Source: Halobacteriaceae archaeon
GTDB lineage: Archaea; Halobacteriota; Halobacteria; Halobacteriales; Halobacteriaceae
Direction of reading: 5' to 3'
NCBI GenBank assembly: GCA_042216675.1
Contig: JBDGTS010000007.1
Coordinates: forward strand, 1-64,000
DNA: 64,000 bases
Shown: positions 18,793 to 27,199 of the stretch, piece after piece
Layout: every line of letters begins with the position of its first letter
Numbering within the stretch: position 1 is the stretch's first letter
Program-made: the position numbers and the translations under genes
Notes under the pieces: generated by a model
Seen by the model: the letters and a program-made list of their open reading frames with translations, nothing else
The model's database searches: none
What the model was told of the DNA's origin: nothing

Positions 18793-20886
18793 TCACGGCT
18801 CGCGGTACGCCGCGAGCGTCGCGTCCCTCTCGCCCCGGAGGTGTGCGCGCACGTCGCTCTCGTCCCACCCCAGCGGCGAGACGACGCTCTCGGCGGCCCG
18901 GAGCAGTGACCGCTCGTAGGGGGCCACCGCGTAGTCGGTGGCGCCGTCCTCGACCGGGAGGCGGACCCGCTCGGCGGGGGCGCCCGCGTCCGCGACGTGG
19001 ACGTACCGAACGGACTCGCCGGGGTGCGTCTCGATGCCTCTGTCGGCCGCGCGTCGGAGCGCACCCACCACCGGCGTCTCGCGGTCGTACTCGTCGGCGC
19101 GCTTCGACGCGCGTCGCGTGACGACCAGTTCCGTGGCCGGTACGTCACCCGCCCGCAGGCGGCGTCTGTGCTCGGCGAGGCGGTCACACACCGCCGCCGG
19201 GTCCGCCGTGGCGTCGAGGACGTCCAGCAAGTCCCGCTGTGCGTCGGCGACGAACGGCGGCGTCGAGCGCTGCCGGCACTCGATGCCCCGCACCTTCAGC
19301 GACCCGTCCTCGCGGGCGCCGAAGTAGCGCGTGAGTGCCCCTCCCGGCCGCTCGCGGCGCGGCGCGAAACAGACCCAGTCGTACGTCGCCTCGTGTTCGA
19401 GGGGGATTGCCACCCGCTCTGTCACCGCCGCCGTCACGTCCGCGATGGGGTCGGGGTCGGACGCGGGCGTGAGCCACAGGCTGTCGACGATGCCGTGTAG
19501 AACGCGCCAGCCCCGCGCCTCGATTTCGCTCTTGGCGTCGAGCAGTATCTCCCTCGCGAACGCGTTGATGGCCTCGTGGCACTCGATGCGACCGAACTTC
19601 GCGTTCCGGTAGCCCTGATAGCCGAAGCAGGAGACGAGAATCCACTTCAGCGCGTCCGCCTTCGCCGCCGCCTCGGGGTCGTCGCGCGCCTTGTATCCCG
19701 CGCGGTCCTCGACGAGGGGCGCCAGCACGTCGGGGAGAAAGCCCCGGTCGTCGCAGACGCTGTAGCCGAGTTCGGGCACGTCGGCCCTGTCGTGGCAGTC
19801 ACACCGGACCGTCTCGGGGCTGACGTTGTGCTTCCGGATGACGTTCGGGTAGAGGGAGGCGAAGTCCACCTCCACCACGTCCTCGTGGCGCCCCACCTCG
19901 GGTGCGAACGTGAACCCGCCCCGGTCGGCGGCGTGAAGCGTCGAGAGGTCCTTGAACGCCTCTGGCTCCCACTTGTTCCACGGCACCAGCACGTCCCTGT
20001 CGAGGGCCTCGCGGGACTGAATCGAGGTGAGGACGGTGCCGATGCTCCCCCACGCCGTCTCCTGTAGCGGGCGCCACGAGCGCTCCGCGAGGTCCAGCAG
20101 ACCCGGGAGTCCCCCCTCGTCCCACAGAAACGAGTTCGCCCGGTCCACGATGGCCCGGCCGGGCACGTCGTAGCGTGCCGGCGAGTGCCCCGTCCGGCCG
20201 TAGCTCTCGAAGGTGTTCGCGCCCGCCAGCACGTCGTGGCCGGGCAGGCGCCCGAGGTGGCAGTCGACGCCACACGCCGCCGCCCGGTCGTGAATCAGCG
20301 GGACGAGTTCGGCCGTGTCGAGGACCAGCACGTCCGGGTCCGTCCGGTCGAGGCGGTGCGCCAGCGCCCGCAGGACGGCGCCCTCGTCGCCGGCCACCGG
20401 GTCGCCCCCGACGTGGAGGCCACCGAGGTCCCGGTCCGCCAGCGCCGCCTCGTCGACGCCCAGCGAGAGCGTCCGCAGGGATCGCGGCGGGTCCGAGGCG
20501 ACGGCCGGCGTCCCCGTCTCGACGCAGTAGCGAAAGCCCGGCGCGAAGTCGACGTTGAAACACCGAATCGTCCCCGGCGCGTACTCGCGTTCGCGGTGGC
20601 CCCGGAGTTCGCGGGCGAGCGTCCGCACCTCGCCCGGCCTGTCGCAGTCGATGCGCAGGACTGGGGTGCGCTCGTCGGCGTGTAGGTCCACGTATCGGCG
20701 TGCCGTCGAGGCGGCTGCGACTTTCGGGTCGTCGCTGAGCGCCGCCCGGAGGTCCGCGCGGACTCGCTCGGGTGCGTCGACGTACAGCGTCGGCCGGTAG
20801 TCGGCGTCGCGTTCGACCCGGACCCCGTCGGCGGTTCGGTGCCACGTCACCACGCCGCCGTCGCGGATTTCAACCGCTATCGGCAT
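18793..20886 (-). CDS. polB2: Family B DNA polymerase, archaeal PolB2 subgroup
   Basis: Motifs DFASLYPNVI and KWILVSCFGYQGYRNAKFG. Motif C reads HGIVDSLW rather than YGDTDS, and the exonuclease domain is eroded. These are PolB2 hallmarks. Confidence 0.9.
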   Translation of the reverse strand: MPIAVEIRDGGVVTWHRTADGVRVERDADYRPTLYVDAPERVRADLRAALSDDPKVAAASTARRYVDLHADERTPVLRIDCDRPGEVRTLARELRGHREREYAPGTIRCFNVDFAPGFRYCVETGTPAVASDPPRSLRTLSLGVDEAALADRDLGGLHVGGDPVAGDEGAVLRALAHRLDRTDPDVLVLDTAELVPLIHDRAAACGVDCHLGRLPGHDVLAGANTFESYGRTGHSPARYDVPGRAIVDRANSFLWDEGGLPGLLDLAERSWRPLQETAWGSIGTVLTSIQSREALDRDVLVPWNKWEPEAFKDLSTLHAADRGGFTFAPEVGRHEDVVEVDFASLYPNVIRKHNVSPETVRCDCHDRADVPELGYSVCDDRGFLPDVLAPLVEDRAGYKARDDPEAAAKADALKWILVSCFGYQGYRNAKFGRIECHEAINAFAREILLDAKSEIEARGWRVLHGIVDSLWLTPASDPDPIADVTAAVTERVAIPLEHEATYDWVCFAPRRERPGGALTRYFGAREDGSLKVRGIECRQRSTPPFVADAQRDLLDVLDATADPAAVCDRLAEHRRRLRAGDVPATELVVTRRASKRADEYDRETPVVGALRRAADRGIETHPGESVRYVHVADAGAPAERVRLPVEDGATDYAVAPYERSLLRAAESVVSPLGWDESDVRAHLRGERDATLAAYREP

Positions 20887-21124
20887 CCATCTCGGCCCGC
20901 AGGGCGCGGAGTTCGCGCTCCTGTGCCAGCGCCACCGACAGCAGGAAGGCGATGCGCGGGTCCGCGGCGTTGAGGTGGCCCGCCGCGTCCGCGTGGGTCT
21001 CCGCTCGCTCGAACAGGGCGTCGAACGCCGGCCTGTGCCGGCGGCGGAGCGCCCGCCGGAACGGCGCGCAGTCCTCCTCGAAGCCCCGCAGGAAATCGCG
21101 GTAGGTGGGGTTGGTGCGCCCCAT
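20870..21124 (-). CDS. Small helical PolB2-associated protein (arCOG07300-like)
   Basis: 84-aa MGRTNPTYRD...FRRALRR.....FD.LF..A..HA.A, translationally coupled between the RadA-like gene (TGATG overlap) and polB2. Confidence 0.85.
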   Translation of the reverse strand: MGRTNPTYRDFLRGFEEDCAPFRRALRRRHRPAFDALFERAETHADAAGHLNAADPRIAFLLSVALAQERELRALRAEMDADSG

Positions 21125-21780
21125 CAGACCACCGCCTCCCTGACCGCGATGGGGTCGAGCGTCGGTCCGGGTCGGGTTCCACATCGCGCCGCCCAGTACG
21201 GAATCGTGGTCTGCCAGCGCCCGTCGCACCAGTAGCCCCGGTCCGGTGGCTCCGCGTCGGGGAAGTCGAGGCCGAGGTCCGTGGCCCGGACCCGGAGGCT
21301 GTCGGCGGCGCGGTCGGCGACTGTCTCCGCGAGGGCGTCGTCGCCCGGCGCGTCGAGCAAGACGGCCGCGTCGACGGCCTCGCCGAGGGCCGCCAGCGTC
21401 GCCACCGTCGCCTCGAACAGTCGGTCGGCGTCCCGGTCGGGCACGTCGTCGTCGCGATACAGCGACGCGACGTTCGCGGCGACGACGAGGCCGGTCGACG
21501 AGTCGGCGCGGCGCACCGCGCGCGAGGCGAGGTCGGCGTGCTGGTACGCCGTGAACGCTCTCGCCACGCGCACGTCGGCGAGTTCGCGGGGCGTCGCCCG
21601 GTCGTACAGCGCGTGCGTCACGGCGACGTTGCGCGCGTCTATCCACAGCGTCGGTCCGTCCCGGCGCCGGTGTGCGGCGACGGCGACGCGGCGAAGCGCG
21701 TCCGGTCGGCCCGGGGGGCGCGCCAGTCGCGTCGCGCCGGCGTCGAGGCGCGGAACGGTGTCGTCTGCGTGCATACCCAT
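21124..21780 (-). CDS. Inactive RecA/RadA-fold protein (ImuA-like), first gene of the polB2 operon
   Basis: TLWIDARN and VRVARAFTAYQH are RadA-fold motifs, but no Walker A lysine is present. It occupies the usual position upstream of PolB2. Confidence 0.75.
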   Translation of the reverse strand: MGMHADDTVPRLDAGATRLARPPGRPDALRRVAVAAHRRRDGPTLWIDARNVAVTHALYDRATPRELADVRVARAFTAYQHADLASRAVRRADSSTGLVVAANVASLYRDDDVPDRDADRLFEATVATLAALGEAVDAAVLLDAPGDDALAETVADRAADSLRVRATDLGLDFPDAEPPDRGYWCDGRWQTTIPYWAARCGTRPGPTLDPIAVREAVV

Positions 21781-21833
21781 CCTCCATTACGGCGCACGGC
21801 CGGCGCACGGGTAAGCGCGAGCCAAACCCGGAG

Positions 21834-21850
21834 TGAAACTGAAACTAAAC
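21834..21850 (-). promoter_or_regulatory. Putative DNA-damage-responsive element (tandem AGTTTC) upstream of the polB2 operon
   Basis: The minus strand reads GTTTAGTTTCAGTTTCA 54-70 bp upstream of the start codon. This is one mismatch from the Halobacterium TTTCACTTTCA UV motif and contains two ANTTTC copies. Confidence 0.65.
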
Positions 21851-22192
21851 GAGCGCCCACGCCAGCGCCACGCCACACGTGGCGGCGACGAACGTCCCCC
21901 CAGCGTAGGTGACGGCCCGGCGCCGGCGGCCGGCCTGCCACAGCGTCACCGCGTCGACGGAGAACGAGGAGTAGGTGGTGAACGAGCCACAGGCGCCGGT
22001 GCCGACCAACAGCGACGGGTCGCCGCCGACGCCCGAGAACGCCAGCAGTCCGAGCGCGAAACTCCCGACGGCGTTCACCGCGACGGTGCCGTACGGCGTT
22101 GCGCCGCGGTTCAGCCGGCCAGCGACGGCGTGTCGGAGGACGGCCCCGAGTGCGCCCCCGGTTCCGACGAGGAGGGCGGGCGGGAGCGTCAC
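21845..22192 (-). CDS. crcB: Fluoride efflux channel CrcB/Fluc, subunit 2
   Basis: GGALGAVLRH, PYGTVAVNAVGSF and GACGSFTTYSSF; the GTG start overlaps the upstream stop (GTGA). Confidence 0.9.
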   Translation of the reverse strand: MTLPPALLVGTGGALGAVLRHAVAGRLNRGATPYGTVAVNAVGSFALGLLAFSGVGGDPSLLVGTGACGSFTTYSSFSVDAVTLWQAGRRRRAVTYAGGTFVAATCGVALAWALV

Positions 22193-22563
22193 GCCCACGC
22201 ACCTCCGACGCGGCGCGCGACGGCTTGCCCGACGAGGACGCCGGCGAACCCGAGCGCGTACGTCGCGAGAAGGTTCGCGAGTGGCCACGCGCCGGGCGCC
22301 CGGAGCGTCTCCACGGCGAACGTGCTGTACGTCGTGAAGGAGGCGAGCAGGCCCGTGCCGAAGACGAGGCGGTGTCGGCCCGCGAGCAGGTCGGTCATCG
22401 CGTCGGCGAGCAGCCAGCCGAGCGCGAGGCTTCCCACGGCGTTCACGAGCAGGGTGCCGCCGAGGCCCGGCAGGGCGCCGTCCACGAGGTATCGCAGGTT
22501 CGCCCCGACGAAGCCGCCGGCGGCCACGAGCGCGGCGGTTTCGGCGCGGCCGGCGTCGGTCAT
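22189..22563 (-). CDS. crcB: Fluoride efflux channel CrcB/Fluc, subunit 1
   Basis: GGFVGANLRY, TLLVNAVGS and GLLASFTTYSTF. Confidence 0.9.
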   Translation of the reverse strand: MTDAGRAETAALVAAGGFVGANLRYLVDGALPGLGGTLLVNAVGSLALGWLLADAMTDLLAGRHRLVFGTGLLASFTTYSTFAVETLRAPGAWPLANLLATYALGFAGVLVGQAVARRVGGAWA

Positions 22564-22642
22564 CGGTGTCGATTCGGCGGAGGGGCACCTGAAGCCTGCG
22601 GGATGGAAAAGGCTAACCGTCGCGTGGGTAAACTCCGCACAG

Positions 22643-23638
22643 ATGCACCGGATTGCCATCGTCGGCATGGGCGGGTTCGGTCACCACCTCGCCCGACAGG
22701 TCGTCGCCCACGAGGGCACGACGCTGGCCGCCGTCGTCGACCTCGACGAGGGGTCGCTCCGTGAGGCGGCCGAGGAGTACGACCTCGAGGAGGCACAGTT
22801 GTTCACGGACGCGGAGGCGATGTACGACGCGACGACGCTCGACGCCGTCCTCGTCGCGACGCCGCCCGCATTCCACTTCGAGCAAGTCACCGACGCCCTC
22901 GACCGGGGCCACCACGTCCTCTGTGAGAAGCCGGTCGTGATGGACACCGAGGAGGCCCGTGCGCTCCTCGACCGGGCCGAGTCGACGGACCGCGTCGTGA
23001 TGACGGGCTACCAGCGCCACCTCAACCCCGGCTTCGTCCACGCCCGGGAGCGCTGGCGCGACGCCGACCTCGAACCGACGTTCGTCACGGGCGAACTCAC
23101 GCAGGACTGGACCGACCACTTCGAGTCGGGCGAGAACTGGCGCACGAACCCCGAAATCGGCGGCTACGGTCACCTGTTCAGCGTCGGCACCCACGTCGTC
23201 GAGTCCATCCTCTGGCTCACCGGCCTCACGCCCGACACGGTGACCGCCCAGATGGAGTTCCACGACGACGGCCGCATCGACAAGCAGTCGTCGCTCACGG
23301 TGCGCTTCGAGAACGGCGCCACCGCGAGCATCGGTGACACCGCCACGGCGCCCGCCACGCGCGAACACATCCACGTCTGGGACGACGAGGGTGCCGTCTA
23401 TCTGGCGGGCGAGGACTGGGGCCGCCGCGAACTCACCGTCTACGACGCCGACAACAACGACGTGACGCCGGCCGTGAACTACGACGAGGCGCCGACGAAA
23501 GTCGAGGCGTTCGTCGACGCCATCGAGTCCGGCACCGAACCGCCCTCCACGGCGGCGGACGCCCTGCGCGTGACGGCGTTGCTGGAGGCGGCCTACGAGT
23601 CGGCGAATAAAAATCGGGAAGTCGACGTCGACCTCTGA
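22643..23638 (+). CDS. Gfo/Idh/MocA family oxidoreductase
   Basis: IAIVGMGGFG, VATPPAFH, HVLCEKP and GGYGHLFSVGTH. Confidence 0.9.
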   Translation: MHRIAIVGMGGFGHHLARQVVAHEGTTLAAVVDLDEGSLREAAEEYDLEEAQLFTDAEAMYDATTLDAVLVATPPAFHFEQVTDALDRGHHVLCEKPVVMDTEEARALLDRAESTDRVVMTGYQRHLNPGFVHARERWRDADLEPTFVTGELTQDWTDHFESGENWRTNPEIGGYGHLFSVGTHVVESILWLTGLTPDTVTAQMEFHDDGRIDKQSSLTVRFENGATASIGDTATAPATREHIHVWDDEGAVYLAGEDWGRRELTVYDADNNDVTPAVNYDEAPTKVEAFVDAIESGTEPPSTAADALRVTALLEAAYESANKNREVDVDL

Positions 23639-23644
23639 GCCGCG

Positions 23645-25906
23645 TTACTTGATGCGGACGTCGTCGAGGACGCCCGTCTTGCGGGCGCCGATGCCGCCCT
23701 CGGAGAACGCGGTGTCGGTGGTGTTGACCGTCGCGAGCGAGTCGCCCTCGGGACCCAACACCTCGACGTCGATGGTGCCGTCCGTGCCCCAGTCCACGAC
23801 GATGCTGTAGAGCGTGTTTGCGGACGTGCTGATGACGGACTCCGCGAGTTGGCTGTAGGAGCCGCCCTCGCGCTTGTACAGTTGGAGGCGGTTCGTGTCG
23901 TAGATGCGCGCGAAGTAGAAGTTGTCAGCGTCCTGCACGCCGAACGCGATTCCGGCGTTCACCTCCGTCTCGGTGCGCGCCACGCGGGCGAAGAACTCGT
24001 CGCCGGCGGACGGGTAGCGCGGGAGGCCGCTCGTCGAGTAGAAGATGGCTGTGCCCTCCGCCGTCTTCTTCAGGCTGTAGTCGCCGTCGGCCACCGGGTC
24101 GTCCGTGTTGACGGTGTACGCGTCCGTCGCGCCCTCGTACTCCGAGAGGTCGCCGTCCTCGAAACTGTCCACGAGGTCGCCGGTGAGGTCCGCGGCGCCG
24201 CCGCTCCCGCCGCTACTGCTCGGGACGAACCCCTTCGCTTGCTGTTGGTCGACGATGTACGTCACGTCGAGGTCGGAACCGGGGTCGGCGGTCCACTCGA
24301 AGACGAGGTCCCACGCGCTCCCGGTCCACTCGAAGCGGGTGTCGAAGCCGAAGGCCGCGCCGGGGTTGCTCGCGGCCCGGGCGCGGACGGCAAGCGACGC
24401 GCCGACGGCGTCGGAGACGTCCGTGACGCGCGCCGCGGGCGAGGACCCGGACGTGAGCGTCACGTTACCGGCGTCGACGCCGCCGCCCACGTTGTCCTTG
24501 ACGGTGGTGTCCGGCGCGAACACTTCCATCGCCGCTCGCGTGCCGGACCCGCGCACGTCGTTGCCGACGATGCGACTGGTCGTCGTGTCGGGGCCCGTCT
24601 CCCGGATGCCGAAGGGCATCTTCGGTTCGTCCCTGTCGTCGACGACGCGGAGGTCCGTGATGGAGACGCCCGAGGTGGCCGCGAAGTTCCGCGGGTCCTC
24701 GGGGATGCCGCCGGCGTCTCGCGAGTCGATGCGGACGCCCTCGGCGTTGGAGTTCTTGATGACGCCGCCCTGCACGGAGAAGTTCTGGCAGTCCTGCACG
24801 AGGACGCCGTGCGAGGACATGCCGACGAGGTTGACCGAATTGATGGTGACGTCCTCACACCCGGAGACGCCGAAGACGCCCCGGCCGCCGTCGCGGCCGA
24901 CGACCTGTCCACAGGTCACGTCGGCGCACTCGTTGGCGACCCGGAACGTCGCGTAGCCACCGCCCGGATTTACCTCGCGGCCGACGACTTGGCCGATGGT
25001 GGCGTCCGTGGTGTTGTTCAGCAGGACGCCGGACCCCGGCGTCTTGTTGGCGATGACCTGTCCGACCTGCAGGCGGTCCACGCCGTACGTCTCGAAGGCC
25101 TGCCAGCCGGCCTCCTCGATGTACGCGGTGTCCACCTGCACGTCCTTGCACCGCCGTTCGGAGTCGCCAAAGGAGTCGATGCGGACGGCCAGACCGCCGC
25201 GAGGCGTCTGTTCGGCGTCCATCTCGATGTTGACCGCGCCCAGACGGGCCTCCCGCACGCCCTGTAGCCAGACGGCGTAGCGGGGGTTGCCCTTGATGTT
25301 GAGGTTCGGGAACTCGACGTTGTCGGCGTCGTTCGCGTACACCGCGCGGATGAGCGGTTCGTTCGAGTCCTTGATGTGGATGGGGGCCGGCACGTCGAGA
25401 ATCGTGTTGCTCGGCACGCGAATCTCCTTGAAGCCGTCCCACGGGCCGTCGCCCCACGAGTGCGGGCCGACTTCGGCGGGCGAGACGATGGCCACTTTCT
25501 CCTTGTGGTCACGGCCGTCGGTGAGGCTCTCGATGGCCGCCGTGGCCGCCAGCATCACGTCGTCGGTGCTGGTGACGTGGCCGTCGCGGCCGTCCGCGTG
25601 CCAGCCGCCATCGTCGTCTTTCCACACCACCACGTCGGCGTCGCGTGCCGACGCGTACACGTGGTCCACGTCGATGGAGTGGAGATTGTCGAGGTCGTGG
25701 TCCTGTGCGTTCACGTCCTGATTCCACTTCCGCGTCCGTCGCCCTGTTTCGTTCCCCGGCGCGTCGCCGTGGGACGCCGCCGCGTTCCCCGTCGCCGCCG
25801 CGACGCCGCCAGCTCCCATCAGTGCGAGTGCCGACCGGCGTGTGAACGTCAAGTCGTCGCCGGCCCCGCTCGCGTCACCGCTGTCACTGTCGCTATCACG
25901 AAGCAT
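23645..25906 (-). CDS. Tat-secreted right-handed parallel beta-helix protein (pectin lyase-like) with C-terminal beta-sandwich module
   Basis: FTRRSALAL...AAA signal peptide, repeated beta-helix coils (GxGVLLN, GRGVF, HGVLV, EGVRI), a Ser/Gly linker, then a DSFEDGDLSEY...GIAFGVQD..NFY.A module. Confidence 0.8.
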   Translation of the reverse strand: MLRDSDSDSGDASGAGDDLTFTRRSALALMGAGGVAAATGNAAASHGDAPGNETGRRTRKWNQDVNAQDHDLDNLHSIDVDHVYASARDADVVVWKDDDGGWHADGRDGHVTSTDDVMLAATAAIESLTDGRDHKEKVAIVSPAEVGPHSWGDGPWDGFKEIRVPSNTILDVPAPIHIKDSNEPLIRAVYANDADNVEFPNLNIKGNPRYAVWLQGVREARLGAVNIEMDAEQTPRGGLAVRIDSFGDSERRCKDVQVDTAYIEEAGWQAFETYGVDRLQVGQVIANKTPGSGVLLNNTTDATIGQVVGREVNPGGGYATFRVANECADVTCGQVVGRDGGRGVFGVSGCEDVTINSVNLVGMSSHGVLVQDCQNFSVQGGVIKNSNAEGVRIDSRDAGGIPEDPRNFAATSGVSITDLRVVDDRDEPKMPFGIRETGPDTTTSRIVGNDVRGSGTRAAMEVFAPDTTVKDNVGGGVDAGNVTLTSGSSPAARVTDVSDAVGASLAVRARAASNPGAAFGFDTRFEWTGSAWDLVFEWTADPGSDLDVTYIVDQQQAKGFVPSSSGGSGGAADLTGDLVDSFEDGDLSEYEGATDAYTVNTDDPVADGDYSLKKTAEGTAIFYSTSGLPRYPSAGDEFFARVARTETEVNAGIAFGVQDADNFYFARIYDTNRLQLYKREGGSYSQLAESVISTSANTLYSIVVDWGTDGTIDVEVLGPEGDSLATVNTTDTAFSEGGIGARKTGVLDDVRIK

Positions 25907-25963
25907 GCCTATCTTTATCTATGATTCGAGTTATTAAAAGTTATTTTAGAAATATATAGTTTT
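25907..25963 (-). promoter_or_regulatory. AT-rich promoter of the secreted beta-helix gene
   Basis: TTTTAATA (25932-25939, minus strand) lies 26-33 bp from the ATG inside a very AT-rich tract. Confidence 0.6.
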
Positions 25964-25983
25964 GTTCGAGGCCACGCGGCCGC

Positions 25984-26052
25984 TCAGCGGATGCGCACGT
26001 CGTCGAGCATCCCGGTCCGGCGCGTGCCGAACCCGCCGAAGCGGTGGGTCGT
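25984..26052 (-). pseudogene. 3'-terminal remnant of a paralogue of the 23645-25906 gene
   Basis: Reads GGFGTRRTGMLDDVRIR-stop versus GGIGARKTGVLDDVRIK-stop (12/17 identical). No homologous frame is evident upstream. Confidence 0.7.
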
Positions 26053-26142
26053 GTGGCAGCGCCGGGCCCGGTCGCTCCGCCGCGAGGCCCATCGGCGTGG
26101 CAGAATTGCTGCGGGCGCGGAGAACGGCCGGGAAACGCCGGC

Positions 26143-27075
26143 TTATAGCGCGTCGAGGTCCTGCAGAATCTCGCGGAGTTCGTCCTTCTCCTCGGGCGGG
26201 AGGGTCTGTCCCGGCGGGCGGACGGTGTCGTGTTCGAAGACGCCCTGCATCTTCAGGGCGGCCTTCGTTCGGTTGCGATTGCGGCCGATGGGCTCCTTGA
26301 ACAGGAAGTTCGTCAGGTCGGCCATCTCCGCGCGGAGTTCGCGACCGCGTTCGAGGTCGCCCTCTCGGACGGCGCGGAGTTTCTCGACGTGCATCTCGGG
26401 GATGAGGTTGGCGTAGGCGATGAGGCCCGTCTCGGCACCGAAGACGTAGGAGTGGTACAGGAACAGGTCCTCGCCGGTCATCAGCGTGAACTGGTCGCGG
26501 TACGGCTTGGTGGCGCGCACCGTCTCCTCGTAGCGCACCGGGTCGAAGGTGGCGTTCTTGAGGGCGACGACGAAGTCCTCCTGCACGAGTTCGGCGTAGG
26601 CGCTGACCGGGAGCGAGAAGTCGCCGAAGTTGCCGAACTGGAACGCGATGAGGGGGATGTCGACGGCCTCACCGATGCCCCGGTAGTGGTCGAGCAGAAT
26701 CTGCGGGTCGCCGTGGCTGTACAGGTCGATGGGGACCGGCATCAGGGCGTCGGCGCCGGCCGCCTCCGCTCGCTTCGCCTCCTCGATGGCCTGCGGGGTA
26801 CTCTCCCCGGCGATGCCCGAGAAGACCATCGCGTCCTCGGAGGCCTCGTCGTGAATCTCGATGACTCGCTCCTTGTCCTCGGGGGGCGACATCTGGCACT
26901 CGCCGGAGTGGGCGTTAGCGATGGTGGCGACGATGCCGTCCGTCTCGCTGAGCGACTGGACGTGGTCGTGCAGGTCGTCCTCCGCGACTTCGAGGTCCGG
27001 TGTCAGCGGCGTCACCGTGGCGGGGATGATGCCGCCCTTGATGGCGTCTTTGACCGCCTCGTATTCGGGCTTCAT
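26143..27075 (-). CDS. Dihydrodipicolinate synthase-family aldolase/dehydratase
   Basis: GGIIPATVTP, AHSGE, AEAAGADALMPVP and Schiff-base Lys in VVALKNA. Confidence 0.85.
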   Translation of the reverse strand: MKPEYEAVKDAIKGGIIPATVTPLTPDLEVAEDDLHDHVQSLSETDGIVATIANAHSGECQMSPPEDKERVIEIHDEASEDAMVFSGIAGESTPQAIEEAKRAEAAGADALMPVPIDLYSHGDPQILLDHYRGIGEAVDIPLIAFQFGNFGDFSLPVSAYAELVQEDFVVALKNATFDPVRYEETVRATKPYRDQFTLMTGEDLFLYHSYVFGAETGLIAYANLIPEMHVEKLRAVREGDLERGRELRAEMADLTNFLFKEPIGRNRNRTKAALKMQGVFEHDTVRPPGQTLPPEEKDELREILQDLDAL

Positions 27076-27199
27076 GTACACAGAAAGGCGGTGCGGCGGA
27101 CCATATACCAGTTTCGCCTTTGTCGGTGGCCGCGCGCAACGGCGCCGTCCGGCGGACGAAACCCTATCCTTTTTGACGCCATCCGCCGGAGTCGGTTCC

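Noticed and set aside
18793-20886. Intein or pseudogene status for the polymerase
   Set aside because: The frame is continuous with no intein motifs, and the HGIVDS motif and eroded exonuclease are normal for PolB2.
13990-22600. Provirus or integrative element inserted at tRNA-Thr
   Set aside because: There is no integrase, capsid or replication gene and no distant att copy. The only duplicate of the tRNA end is 91 bp away, and PolB2 is the cellular type.
22564-22642. Fluoride riboswitch upstream of crcB
   Set aside because: No GATGGxGTTC...CTxATGAC-type consensus was found, and the 79-bp gap only fits divergent promoters.
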